Source: Eledone cirrhosa (Eukaryota). From it: 64,000 nt of DNA. Position numbers and translations under genes: made by a program. Below the pieces are notes generated by a model, which saw only the letters and a list, made by a program, of their open reading frames with translations, did no database searches and was not told where the DNA came from. Numbering within the stretch: the stretch's first letter is position 1; each line of letters opens with the position of its first letter. Below are positions 40,999 through 55,189 of the stretch, piece by piece. The stretch spans positions 114,576,001 through 114,640,000 of the forward strand of contig OZ024745.1 in assembly GCA_964016885.1 (NCBI GenBank), in the 5' to 3' direction.

Positions 40999-42716
40999 AA
41001 CCCAGATTAATAAGTATAGAGAAATTAAGAGACTGTGGGAGGCGGGTGGTAGAGAGAAATTAGCAGATCCCTATACTTAGTTTTACTTATTAATATTGCT
41101 TCTGTTTTATCGCAATAACCATTTTCTTTATAACTCTGATGGTGTTGTATTTCCTTTCCATTCTTTCCTATTTTCTATGCTATACTAATATTATTATTTA
41201 TAAAAATTAAATATAAACCTATTTGTAACATGTTAAAACCGATGAATTAATGTTTAATCGTGTTCTTCAGAAATTATATTAAGATTCAATGTCTTTAAAT
41301 TGAAGGTTCGATTTATTTAAACTGAAATATCTCTTATAAACGAAATATCCACAACGATATAAACATATGTCAGCCATACACGCACTTGAGTGTATGGATA
41401 TATCTAACGTATATTGATTTAAAACAAATAATAAGGAGACTAATTCCAGGTATGATGGAACAGGTGTTTTTACTATGAAGCAAGGCACGAAGGAAGATTA
41501 ATGCGAAGGGAAATTAGTGATATAACAAAAATAAAATATCAGGAAGGACATAAGCAAGATTCTATTAAACGGTTATTTCCAATGGCATTGATTTTTATTT
41601 CTTCCATCTGTCTTCCAAAAATCTTCACTAGTAATACTAAGACTCTTCCATTTTTGCCTCTTGTTTGTTACATCATTATTATTCAAGAAATTATAAAGGA
41701 AATTCCTCCAGTTACACTTCAGCTATATCGATCGATATGAAACGGGTAGCAGGGAAATCCGTGCTGGTCGATTTCAATAAGAGAATAGTCATTACTATTA
41801 TTATTATTATTATTATTATTATCATTTCAAAATTGACGATGATTTCATATCATTTTTTTAATCACATGAAACAACGGTTAATGAATGACACTTTAATCCT
41901 ATATTTTCGATATCACTTAGACACATAATCCTGCTAGAAATAGAAGCTAAATCACCTTCAATTCAAACCATACGGTCATAGATGAAGGGGTATATATTGG
42001 TCCTAGATATACAAAAAATGAAAGGATGGTCAAGTTTAGAACGCTTTTTTTATCACGAGTTTGCTTGATCAGGATTGATGTGAAGCAAAACAACATAAAA
42101 TCACTACACACACATACACACGCTCATCTTACTTAATCTTCTTCCCAATTTACATTCATTTGTTGCTTTTAATTTTATTATTATTATTTATATTATTTGT
42201 CTGTGTCTATCATTTAGTGCTTTCTTTAAAGATTTTACGCAGTAAACTAAAAATTAGAGTCCACTTTCATCTGTTGATGTACATAGCGCTGCAACATAGA
42301 CAGAAGAACGAGGAAGCATGAAATAAGACCAAATAGCGACGCACTATGAGTTTTAACTCATAGCATTCGAGACCACGCGCATATGGTACAAACCATGCAT
42401 GCAACAATTGATGAAAACCGCAAACTACGCGCTGAAGCAGCTGACGGAAATGCGCGCAATATCGTTTCTTCGTCTACAGCTTTCAATAGCTATAATAGAA
42501 AGGAAGGCTACTAGTATAATGAATGAACTATCTATATATCTATATGGTCAGCATATTTGTTTGGAAAAAATGCGAACTTTACTATTATGTAATTTCATGT
42601 ACATCGTTTATTTTGATGTAATAAAAAGCTACTTGTTCATTAAACTAATTCCTTCATACGTACCATCGTAATCAGCTAGATTATTATTGTTATTATTATG
42701 GCAGTGACGGTAGGAG

Positions 42717-43158
42717 GGCGGTGGATTGGCAGTATCGGTAGAACTAAGGCAAAAGCTTGGCTGTATTTATTTAGTTATGACTTTCTACCTTCAGAGTTCA
42801 AATCCCGCCGAGGTTAGCTTTGCCTTTAATCTTTACGGGCTCGATAAAATAAAGTACCAGTAATGTACTGGAGTCGATTTAATCGACTTTTCTCTGGCCT
42901 AAAATTGTTGGCCTTGTGCCTAAATCAGAAACCGTTATTATTAAGGGTGGTGGATTGGTAGCACCGGAAGAACGTCGGACAATATGCTTTACGGCATAGA
43001 GTTACGGCCCTTTACGTTCTGAATTCAAATCCTACCGAGTTTAGCTTTGCCTTTCATCCTCACGGGGGTCAATAAAACAAAGTACCAGTAATGCACTGGC
43101 GTCGATTTAATCGACTTTCCCCTTCCTCCAAATTGTTGGCCTTGTGCCTATGTTAAAA
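42717..43158 (+). mobile_element. Two tandem family-B SINEs
   Basis: GGTGGATTGGCAGTATCGG A box, GAGTTCAAATCC B box, 'gcctttcatcct..gtcgataaaataaagtaccag' core; copies at 42717-42932 and 42945-43158. Confidence 0.92.
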
Positions 43159-43214
43159 AGAATTATAATTTCAGTAGTCGTATTTTTATTGTGTGTTTTT
43201 ACTGCTCTAAGTAG

Positions 43215-43690
43215 GCGCGGCGCATTGTATAATTTTGTTGTGCTTTTTGGGTGTGTGTGTTTTTCATTATTTTTTGTATTGAAAGTACTCTACGTAATGA
43301 GTGTGTAGTACCTAGTAGTGGTATTTTGTGTATGCTGAGTATGTGTGTAGCAAGATATGGGGAGAGAGGGTATGTATTTGTATCTTTTTGTTTTAATCAC
43401 TCCCATGGCACCCGTTATTATAGGGATTGTTTTGTTTTTTAATTCACACATTCTGGTTATCTCTATTTCCAGATCTTTATATTTATTTTTATTTTTTTTT
43501 ATTTTGTTCAAACAAAATATATTGTCATCTATTCTGAGTAATAGTTCGATCAACAGGTAACATCCTAGTTATTCACACCCATGAAGTGCTGAAGGGATTT
43601 TGTTTTCCCAAATAAGGTCTAATTTGGCTAAAACCACCGTAACTGCTACTATCCGGCATATTATTTCTATCGTTGATATTCTATCCTCCG
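43215..43690 (-). mobile_element. R4/Dong-like non-LTR element, restriction-like endonuclease C-terminus
   Basis: LLIE..IDDNI..KYKDLEIEITRMCELKNKTIPIITGAMGVI, matching the RLE K..KY..L..E..R.W..P..GALG pattern. Confidence 0.82.
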
Positions 43691-43964
43691 TGAGCAGTCC
43701 CAACCTCTTTCCTGTTATTCAATTAGATTCAAATGGAGAGAAAGGGAAATGAAAATATGTGTGTGTGTGTGTGTGTGTGTGAGATAAAAATATGAGTAAG
43801 AGTACTCAAATATTGCTGCCCCAATGTTCTAGAATTGAGAAGGGTGGTAAGGAAGACCCGTGAAACAGCCTCTATGTAATTGGTCGATCTGCTAGTATTA
43901 GCTGTCAAATCTCTCTTAGATCACGCCATACACTCATGGAAAAGAAAAGGATACATGAGATAAT

Positions 43965-44141
43965 TGTTTCTACTTTAGGCACAAGGCCAGCAATTACCCA
44001 GTGCATTACTGGTACTTTATTTTATCGACCCCCGTAAGGATGAAAGGCAAAGTCAACCTCGGCGGGATTTGAACTCAGATCGTAAAGGGACGTAACTATG
44101 CTGGAAAGCATGGCGTCCGACCCTCTACCGATACTGCCAAT
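43965..44141 (-). mobile_element. Family-B SINE with 16-bp TSD
   Basis: GGATACATGAGATAAT on both sides. Confidence 0.93.
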
Positions 44142-44169
44142 GGATACATGAGATAATGTTAAGGCTTAA

Positions 44170-44415
44170 GGAAACGATCGACAAGTTCCCAGATCTCATT
44201 CGCTTACTCATCAAATCGGACCAAGGAAACAATGTTTCCATTGGTCTTTACGTTGCTGATACTACGTATCTACCGGTCGCAACTCCTAGCAGATAGAGCA
44301 ACGTGAAATAAAGTGTCTTGTTCAATGACATAACGCATTGCCCGGTTCGGGAATCGAACTCGCGTCCTCACGATTGCTAATCCAATTCTATAACCACTAA
44401 GCCACGTGCCTTCAC
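44170..44415 (-). mobile_element. Family-A SINE variant with hairpin-containing tail; fragment also at 25478-25562
   Basis: Minus strand GGCACGTGGCTTAGTGG..GAGTTCGATTCC; tail hairpin GACCAAGGAAACA..TGTTTCCATTGGTC. Confidence 0.85.
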
Positions 44416-44569
44416 AAGATAATGTAATCTTAGACATACTTCTAAAATGAGGGATGGGCAGAGGTAGGATGCTTTTGATAATAGGTTTATGAAATAATGG
44501 TTGACCTGGGGCTTTTAATAACAGGTTTATCAATTAATGGTTAACCTGTGGTTAAATAAAAACAACTGT

Positions 44570-44840
44570 TACAGCCACCTATACGCAAAATACCCAAAGC
44601 ATTCTTAATAAACAACATAAAACGGTAGCTAGTAAACCATCTGTCAAGACACCAAATTTTTGTCATGTACACATACAATGCAACCAGAATTTACAATTTT
44701 CCTATTGAAGTATCACAAGGATATATCCTTTTACCTACATTCTTTAATCTGTATCTACACGACTTTGCTACTTTTCCTCAAAACTACACATAGTCTCATA
44801 CATAGATGACATCGCACTCGCATCCTCCTGCCCTTCTCAA
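44570..44840 (+). mobile_element. Non-LTR RT relic (jockey/I-like, central RT domains)
   Basis: EVSQGYILLPTFFNLYLHD..IVSYIDDIAL (cf. GVPQGS.LSP.LFN.Y..D, YADD). Confidence 0.7.
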
Positions 44841-45265
44841 AACACAGCTGTACAACGGGAATTCGGTGTGACAATGGGAAATTTGATTCTGTTATGTTCA
44901 GTCTTTGTTAGGAATGTTTTGCTTCAGTGTGTACAAGCCCTTTGCAATACATTATTAGTGTGAAACTGTACAACAATTCCAACTCTACATCAGTTGCCTA
45001 GACACTTAATTTCCAAAGCACCTATTAAATACTTGATTATTTTGATTTTAATTACTGATTTTTAATTTTAATTTATTGTTTTGTTTTTATATTGATAAAA
45101 TATGAGACGATTTAATGGAAGATTTTGTTTATGGTGAGCGTTGGTTATCTATGTGGGTGTTAGTGTTTTGTAATTTGGTGAGGATTTTTTTTTTTCGTAA
45201 GATATATCGTGTTAGTTTAATTTTAATTTCATTTTGGTGTTCTTAAGGAGGATATATGATGTGAT

Positions 45266-45346
<81 letters not shown>

Positions 45347-45353
45347 ATGTATG

Positions 45354-45400
<47 letters not shown>

Positions 45401-45413
45401 TTTAATATAGAAG

Positions 45414-45464
45414 AGCTTCTACAGGACTAGAACTGTTTCATTCGTGAGAAATCACCAGGAAGCT
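45414..45464 (-). ncRNA. Hammerhead copy in the inverted pLTR, core mutated (CTGGTGA)
   Basis: Matches 47815-47865 except A6>G. Confidence 0.7.
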
Positions 45465-46448
45465 AACTGTCCAAGTAAAAATGGTGGTATTTATATCTTT
45501 TCTGGTGGTAGATTAGTTGGTACACCCCCCCCCCCCTTCAATAGAGAGGTCTCTACACCTATAGCTAGGACTTTCTTCTCTTCACTTTGCTGAACACACA
45601 CTTCCCCATACAACATAGGTACTACACCATCTTCAATAAGAACACTATAAGACTCTCCTACTCCACTACAACTAGCTAGGGATATAGCCAATCTCAATTC
45701 TAAATAAGCCAACCAACTCCGAACCCAATCCCCAGACTGAAGCCTTATGCAATTGCTTAAATAAGGAAGCCTGCCCACTTGAAAACAAATGATATTGTAT
45801 ACAAATGTGATATCATCTCAGGCACCGATGATAGCAACAACAAAAAGACTTACATCGGTATGACTTCCAATAATTTTAAGACCCGGTGATATGCCCATAC
45901 GCACTCTTTCAGAAGACCGGACAAATCAAACCAGACAACACTCGCCTGCTGTGTTTGGGACCTCAAAAGGAACTCCACCCCCTTCACACTTAAAGGGAAA
46001 ATACTCCAGAAAGCGCGCTTATACAAGGGAGGACACAAGTGCTGCGACCTCTGTATCTCAGAGAGCTACGAAATATTATTCGCCAAGGGCCCGCTACAGA
46101 ACAAACTCTCTGAACACTGCCCGAATTTCATGCACAAAAACTTTGCAACCTTCAAATACCTTAAGCCAGTGTTAATGCCAGATGGCTAAAACCCCACTCG
46201 ACAAAATACCCCCTCCACCTCCTTCCCACCCTACCCCTACCCCCTCTCGACCCGAAACACGGCACTATGGTCATGTAAGTACTTCTTACCTATCCGCTTG
46301 TAGAGCTGTATTTATATGTGTCTGTGTATATGTGTATATTTATGAGTACATGTATGTACGTATCTGTATGAGTGGCCGTACGTATGTATGCGTATGTTTG
46401 TGTGTACGTGCGCTTTTATGTACTTGCGTATGTGTATGTTTGTATGTT

Positions 46449-46522
<74 letters not shown>

Positions 46523-46592
46523 TATATTTATATATATATATGTGTGTGTATGTTTATATGCGCTTGTATTTATATATATGTGTATATGTATA

Positions 46593-46645
<53 letters not shown>

Positions 46646-46764
46646 ATGCACATATATGTTTGTATGTGTGTATATGTATTTGTGTGAGTATATGTGTATG
46701 TATATGTATATGTATGTGTATATATATATATATATGTATGTATGTATATGTATATATATATATT

Positions 46765-46795
<31 letters not shown>

Positions 46796-47076
46796 ATATA
46801 TATGTGTGTGTGTGTATATATGTATATGTGTATATGTATATATATGTATATATATATGTGGGTGTGTATGTATGTATTTTATATTCTGTGTGTATATATA
46901 TGTGTATATATGTGTATATATATATATGTGTGTGTGTGTCTGTGTGCGTGTGTGTGTGTGGGTGTGTATGCATATATGGGTATAGGAGTTTGGTTTTTGC
47001 GCGTGTGTGGGAGTAAAGGTTATTTATATATACATATATGTATTTGTGTGTGTATGTATAAATATGTATGTATGTG

Positions 47077-47175
<99 letters not shown>

Positions 47176-47318
47176 ATATATGTATATATATGTTTATCTG
47201 TGTGTGAATGTGCTTGCAGACACCTGAAATGTAGATTAAGAGAAACTTGACAATAAGTAGAGGCACCCCAAATTTGACCTTGTTTATAGAATTCCTTCTG
47301 CCTTTGTCACTCTAAGTA

Positions 47319-47505
47319 ATTGTTTCTACTTTTGGCACAAGGCCAGCAATTATATCAGGGTATTACTGGTACTTTATTTTATCGACCTCATAAGGATGAA
47401 AGGCAAAGTTAACCTCGGCGGGATTTGAACTCAGATCATAAAGGGCCGTAACTCTTTGCTGCAAAGCATGGCGTCCGAGTCTCTACCGATACTGCCAATC
47501 CACCG
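47319..47505 (-). mobile_element. Family-B SINE; further copies at 48866-49048 (+), 50770-50863 (+), 51925-52080 (+), 52280-52490 (-), 53221-53410 (-), 54851-54940 (-), 56061-56152 (-), 58749-58931 (-)
   Basis: Sequence identity with the 43965 copy. Confidence 0.92.
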
Positions 47506-47814
47506 CAAGTAATGCTTTAAAGAATTAGCTTTTAAAAAATTCCCCTCTCTTTAAACCCATCAACCATGACCTCCACCCATACTGTAGACACCTGAAATAT
47601 AGGCATTGTTAGCTTAAGAGAAACTTATAAATAAGGAGTGGCACCCCAATTTGAACTTGTTTATAGAATTATTTCTGCCTTTGTCACTCTTAATATAAAT
47701 TATAGCTTTAAAGAATTCCCTTCTCTTTCAACCATCGACCTTCACCCATCCCACTCCCCACCCTCTCTTACCACCAGAAAAAATATAAATACCACCATTT
47801 TTATTTGGACAGTT

Positions 47815-47865
47815 AGCTTCCTGATGATTTCTCACGAATGAAACAGTTCTAGTCCTGTAGAAGCT
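47815..47865 (+). ncRNA. Type I hammerhead ribozyme in the PLE 3' pLTR, GUA site
   Basis: AGCTTC-CTGATGA-T TTC TCAC GAA T-GAA-ACAG TTCTAGTC CTGT-A-GAAGCT. Confidence 0.88.
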
Positions 47866-47958
47866 CTTCTATATTAAAATTGTTATACTCTGGTATGTAT
47901 TGAGTACCTTACCTACTGTGGTTACCTCCGACTCAACCCGGAATAACTTGTATATATA

Positions 47959-48057
<99 letters not shown>

Positions 48058-48070
48058 GTATATATATATG

Positions 48071-48177
<107 letters not shown>

Positions 48178-48268
48178 GGTTTACATATACATAAAGTCAT
48201 AGATATATATGTTGCAACCGGTCACGTTGTGGCTCAATGAAGAATTAATAAATTAAATAATCAGAGCA

Positions 48269-48728
48269 ATATATCATAAATCATGTCCTTAGAATCATTA
48301 GATAAAATATATACCATTTATTTTTGGCGCGATCACTTTGGAAAACTAAATGTCTAATTTTGAGTTTTTCTCCTGATGAATCCGATACTCTGGACATATC
48401 CTGTTAATTAGATGTCTAAAAATACGGATGAAACCATGGTAGAGATATAGTTACGGTATGTACACATTTCTTCTAAGTTTGAATTTACACCTAATTGTGT
48501 ATGGTTGATGGTATATTTAGTCAGTTTCTACATGCTGTTGAAATGTTGGATAAATACTCTATTGGAGCCACCGCGAAGAGGCCGCTTTCGGTTATTTGTC
48601 GGAAATTTCTTCATAGGAGCCTTTATTCTTATAGCTTGGTCTAATTGATTTTTTATATGGTTAATTATGCTAATTGGGAGAGGAAATGGTATATATTTTA
48701 TCTAATGATTCTAAGGACATGATTTATG

Positions 48729-48734
<6 letters not shown>
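48269..48734 (+). mobile_element. Non-coding hammerhead-bearing element with perfect 51-bp inverted arms
   Basis: 48269-48319 is the reverse complement of 48684-48734; a related tail fragment lies at ~29540-29587. Confidence 0.88.
48369..48445 (+). ncRNA. Type I hammerhead ribozyme, extended helix II, palindromic helix III
   Basis: TCTC-CTGATGA-ATCCG...CGGAT-GAA-ACCATGGT-A-GAGA. Confidence 0.9.
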
Positions 48735-48798
<64 letters not shown>

Positions 48799-49128
48799 TG
48801 AATTCCGCACAAACATCTGTTCACTTTTTTCCGTGTCTAAGAGTACTTTACCCGATCTTACCTACTGGTGGATTGGCAGTATAGGTAGAGGGTCGGACGT
48901 CATGCTTTGACGCATAGAGTTACGGCCCTTTCCATTCTGAGTTCAAATCCCGCCGAGGTCAACTGTGCCTTTCATCCTTACGGCGTCGATAAAATAAAGT
49001 ACCAGTAATGTACTGGGTATTTGCTGGCCTTGTGCCAAAAGTAGAAATAATTATTATAATCATTTGTGTTGGAACCACTACACTTCAAATTTCATATACA
49101 TATATATACGTATATATATACACACACA

Positions 49129-49333
<205 letters not shown>

Positions 49334-49391
49334 ATGAATTAATAAAAACAATGAAATAAAAACAAAGAACAAGTTCCTTATATTAAAAAAT

Positions 49392-49527
49392 TCATCATTT
49401 TACGATCGTTTCTAGGATGTATATCTGCGTTGGTATGTATATCATATAGATCTATGTAAAAATATTACAAATTATCAGAGGAAATATACATACCTTCACA
49501 TATACATGCTGTCTTCAGAAATGATGA
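49392..49527 (-). ncRNA. Type I hammerhead ribozyme, 9-bp helix I, ~100-nt helix II
   Basis: TCATCATTT-CTGAAGA-[..ATGTATAT..GGTATGTATAT..ATATACATACC..ATATACAT..]-GAA-ACGATCGT-A-AAATGATGA; 10.1-11.1 is C.A. Confidence 0.85.
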
Positions 49528-49781
49528 GATTTGTTTATTGAAAAAAAACCAACGAAGATTTAATATAAAAGGTCTGTTTGGGAACAGGTTTTGAATTGAC
49601 CAATAGAAAAGTAGTTAGAGGTCAAGTTGATAGAATAGTGGTAGTAGTAGAAATTTAATTTAGGGGTAGAGGAGTGCAGACTTATGTTTTGAATGAAAAT
49701 AATACTTTGAATGAAAAGAATACTTTGGGGATGAAAAGAGGTCAAGCCAGTGAAGGGTACACGAAAATTTGATGTTATTAA

Positions 49782-49859
<78 letters not shown>

Positions 49860-50458
49860 TACATGTCTGTGTGTGTGTTTTAAGAAATTTGTTTCAGAAT
49901 TGTGACGCTCAGTTTTTTTGGTCCCACTGTGTGGCTTCGTCGACAAGTAAGTTTGACCGGAGACTCGAGTGACCCAAGCTTTGTGAGTGAAACCAGGTGG
50001 AAACTAATTAGAAATCCGTCGAACGGATTGAACCTGTAACTCAGAGAATCAGCCTTGCCGTACTCTGTATCACACTGTACTCTTAATTTAATTCCCGATT
50101 ATATGGATACACGTGTCTGTGGAATGCTCAGGCTCTTACACGTTAGCTCCGTCGTACGAACAACTAGAACATTCATCGTGAATACTTTATAAAGTAAATA
50201 GACGCAGAACGTGAAGGGCCGTAACTCTATGCTGCAAATCTTGTTGTCCGACGCTCTACCGATACAGCTAACCTATCGCTCTAATAATAAAAAACTTTGC
50301 CATAAGTCAACGTCATAAATACAACCCTAAAAAACCGGAAGGACCTCAAAAACAATTTATCAACACAATTAAATCAATTAAAAAAGAATATAATAAAGAA
50401 AATAAACCATAAAAAAGAACAGTGATTTGTATTCAAACATAAACCACAAAACTAACAG

Positions 50459-50745
50459 TTGTTCAAATACCGGGACTTGAGTAACCGCTTTGTTTTCGAG
50501 CTAATGGCCATCGAGGTTTCTGGTGTCCTTGGTCCCCGCAAAATTGTGAAGGAGTCTCGCGAGTTTGAGTCATTGATGCAGAGGATGTCACTGGCTGTTC
50601 TCTGTGACAATACTTTCGCCATTTTGTCCACACAGCGCAGCTGAGATATACCGCCTAAACTGGGATGCAGCATTCCCCCCCCCCCCCCTTCTAATTTACT
50701 ATCATTATTGAATTATTATTATTATTATTATTATTATTGTTATTA
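50459..50745 (+). mobile_element. CRE-like non-LTR element RLE C-terminal relic with (TTA)n tail
   Basis: KYRDLSNRFVFELMAIEVSGVLGP..LMQRMSLAVLCDN (cf. KY..L..F.P.A.E..G..G / QR.S.A..RGN). Confidence 0.72.
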
Positions 50746-51468
50746 TTTGCAAACATTATATAATTAAACGGTTAACTTTGCCTTTCATCCTTACGGGGTC
50801 TATAAAATAAAGTACCAGTAATGTACTGATTTAATTGCTGGCCTTGTGCCAAAAGTAGAAACAATTATATAATTAAACTGAAATTTGTTAAGTAAAAATC
50901 TGCTGATTTTCTGCTGGTGGAGACAGTAAGACTTAATAAGTAATATCAACAACAAAAACAGTCACACCACATGTCACAATAACAACTTCGAATAACATAT
51001 CCACATTCCAACACCTTTATCAAACATTTCTTTAAAATCAACATAAAATAAATAAATACCGAATACAAAAAAAAAAAAGCAAAAAAAACTTATTTCACTT
51101 TGAATCAATGATTTTGACACCTTCCTTCTATGAGAAATACAAAAAGTAATAAGAAAATACAAAAAAAATTCAAAGGTTTAAGAATAGATAAAATTACAAA
51201 CATACACTTAAAACACACAGGGCGTGAAAAATGAATGCACTTATCAGTATCTAGAGCCATAGAAGACGCGACTCGCACGAAGCAGTCTCTAAAACACCTT
51301 ACAAAGGTAAGTATCTTACAAAGTCTACAAAGTATTTACACAAACACAAAAAACATGATTTATAAATACTCGACTTCACAGGGAAATACACGACTTCACA
51401 GGGACAATAACAAAGACATTAACAATGGCGACTTTAGAGTATTTTCTGACCTAGAAAAAAAGAATATC

Positions 51469-51725
51469 ATCTTCTTCTTCTTCTTCTTCTTTTTCTTCTT
51501 CTTTTTCTTTTTTCTTCTTCTTCTTTGCCCACATATTCGTAGAGTGGGGAAGGGTCCTCAAGCGGACCCTGTTAGCAGCAACTATCTCCTATTGATCTGG
51601 TTGAATCCCCAAGCGAGACCAGCCAATCTCATGGATGTTGTCCAACCAACTTGCTCAGGGTCTCTATCCCTGTATCTCCTGCCGGTTGGTTTTGCCCATA
51701 AAATCTGTCTAGCGATTCTTTCCTG
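51469..51725 (-). mobile_element. RTE-type 3' end, second family with (GAA)n tail
   Basis: Reverse-complement homolog of 56385-56654. Confidence 0.78.
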
Positions 51726-53047
51726 AAACATTCAAACATTATTTTTTAGGGTATGTATGTGTGTGGGCGCAGGGAGGGGGACAGTATGTGTGTGGGCGCC
51801 GCGAGGGGGACAATATCAATGATACAAGTGCATAAAAGCAATATTTTACAGCAGTAAATGTTTTATCCCAGTAAAAACTTAATTCACATTAGTATCTCTG
51901 CATCTCACAAAAAAACATATTAGGCAGCGAATTGGTAGAGTCGTTAGAAAGTTAGATAGAATACTTTGCGCTATTCGTTTCGGCTATCTACTCCATGAGT
52001 AGATCCCACCGAGATCAACTTTGCCTTCCATACATTCAAGGTCGATAAAAAATGTATCAGTCTTGTACTGGTATCGATTCTTCCCCTCTATCTCTTTTTC
52101 ACTTCCATTCTCTAATTCACTCTATCCTTCTCTGGAAGAAATTTGCTGTATTCAGGCCGGGGGGGGGGGTCTCCACTAGGTTTAAGTATGCTCCCCCAGG
52201 AGTTGCAGCACAGAGCAAAGAGATAAAATATATCAGTAAAAAAAAATGTAACTATTATTTTCACGATATATTTATTGATTTCTAATTTAAGCACAACAAC
52301 AGCAAATTCGTGGAAGTGCAAAGTTGATTAAATCAAAACCCAGTACTTGACTGATACTTTATTTTATCGATCCCGTATAGATGAAAGGTAAAGTTGACCG
52401 CTGCAAGATTTGAACTCAGAATGTAGTGAACCAGAACAAGTAACACAAGATCATTTTATCCGTCGCTCTACTAATTCTGCCAGTCCACTACTATTTATTT
52501 CTCAACACATTAATTCGAACACCATAAACATCCAACACCCACCAATTGCTCTAACTGCAGTATTTATTCTTCTATATATGCATAATGGCTTTGCTTGTCT
52601 CCTCGTGTATATGAACTACGCAGTCACACTATCCACACGCCTGCATATGAATTGTTATCGTACTCTTCCTTTCTCAAAACTGCTTCCTCAATGCCTCTTT
52701 AATATTTGGACTGTTCCCTTGTTTTAACTGTTGCATGTATTCCACTCCATGCTTTTGATTTTGATTTTGATTTTGATTTAATTTTAATTTTAATTTGAAC
52801 TTGAATGCTTGTACAATTATGGTACAATTCTCGTAAAATATATATCGCATCCATCCCACCCTGTAAATATGAAACGGTTGCTCACAACATCAATTTATAT
52901 GTATCTATATTATTGTTCAGTTGAATAGGAGGTGAATTATATGTGCAAACATTGATAATGCTCCGATGATCCCAAACGAGAGTTTGGAAGAAACGATTGT
53001 CAGCTATTAAATGATTTGAACACAACTTTGATAATTGTATAATTTAT

Positions 53048-53173
<126 letters not shown>

Positions 53174-54182
53174 GGTCACCTTGTTCCTATGCCTGATAGT
53201 CTTAACAAAAGAGTTTAATAATTGTTTCTATTTTTGGCTCAAGGCCAGCAATTACCCAGTGCATTACTGGTACTTTATTTTATCGACTCCGTAAGGATGA
53301 AAGGGAAAGTTAACCTCGGCGGGATTTGAACTCAGACCGTAAAGAGGCGTAACTCTATGCTACACAGCATGGCGTCCGACCCGCTACCGATACTGCCAAT
53401 CCACTGCCCTAAAAGTCTTTAATAATACATTTTAGTAACTAATTCAGTCTTCATGGATTATCTCCAGAATTAGTTGTCTGGCGTTACCTTGCTCTTGTGT
53501 CCATGCCGTATTCTTATTGATATATTGAGTGATACAGTACTGCTTTAGTGTTATTAAATATAGATCTTCGTAGGAAATTATCATATATAATGCACGCCTT
53601 GTAGGTCATGCAAAAAGTACTTTAATTCCGAAACATACGTTTAACACTTTTTCCTTCAACACTTGAATCATTTTCATTTAAGGGTTAATCTGCCTCGTGG
53701 TCCCAACGGAAAAAAATGGAGAAAACGTTGCCACGGGGGATAGTGAGAGAAACGCGTTGCAATAGCTATTCCAACTCGCAAGGCTCACTCCTGCATGGAG
53801 CCAATTCCGCCCGGATTGTAGTGAGTAAGGATGTGGCCCTAGAGCCAAGAACGCCGGAAGTCTCCCCTGCATATCTTATATTTCAAATAAGCACGCCATA
53901 TACTTTCTTCGCCATATACTTTCTATCTTAATCAAGCGGTTCTAGAGAACTGAAAATTCAGCTGCTTATAGTTTCCCCTAATTCGATGCTGTGAACATTT
54001 ATCCATTCACACCGGAGACTTTATTCGTGCAAACCCTACTCTTTGAGAGCTATTTTCTCCGATCAGCGATACTAGAATAACATTTTTCTAGCATTGACAC
54101 AAGGCCAACAATTTAGAGGAAGTTGATTATATGAATCACAGTACTTAACTGGTATCTTTTATTTTATTGACCTCATTGGAGA

Positions 54183-54750
<568 letters not shown>

Positions 54751-55189
54751 CTAAGAGAATATGAATTCATTACCATATAAAGTATATTTAACCATATCAG
54801 ATTATTAGTTGCTCATACAATAACATCTAATTTTCTGTGTAAAAAATATAATTGTTTCTATTTTTGGCACAAGGCCAGCAATTACTCAGTGTATTACTGG
54901 TACTTTATTTTATCGACCCCGTAAAAGGATGAAAGGCAAACATATAATGCTTTCGGCTATGTATTTCCAGAACACGTAAAACTGGATATAATTTAATCCT
55001 CGATAATATTTAATTTGCCTTTATAAGGTATTTAGTATCTAATACAAGAGGATACTGGTTGATTAGCATTGCGAAACCTTTTATAGATCTATTCGTGTGT
55101 CTTGTGCAAAGATCACTGCATCGATTTTATTTATGTATGCTAAGGTTTCATATAAGAAACTGTACCCATATATATTCATGTTAACATAA

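Larger units (their letters stand above)
45401..47880 (+). mobile_element. 5'-truncated Penelope-like element with inverted 5' pseudo-LTR and 3' pseudo-LTR; SINE and microsatellites inserted
   Basis: GIY-YIG at ~45790-46145 (IVYKC..KTYIGMTSNNFKTR*YAHTHSF..TTLACCVWDLK..CDLCISE); 45401-45510 is the reverse complement of 47770-47879. Confidence 0.92.
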
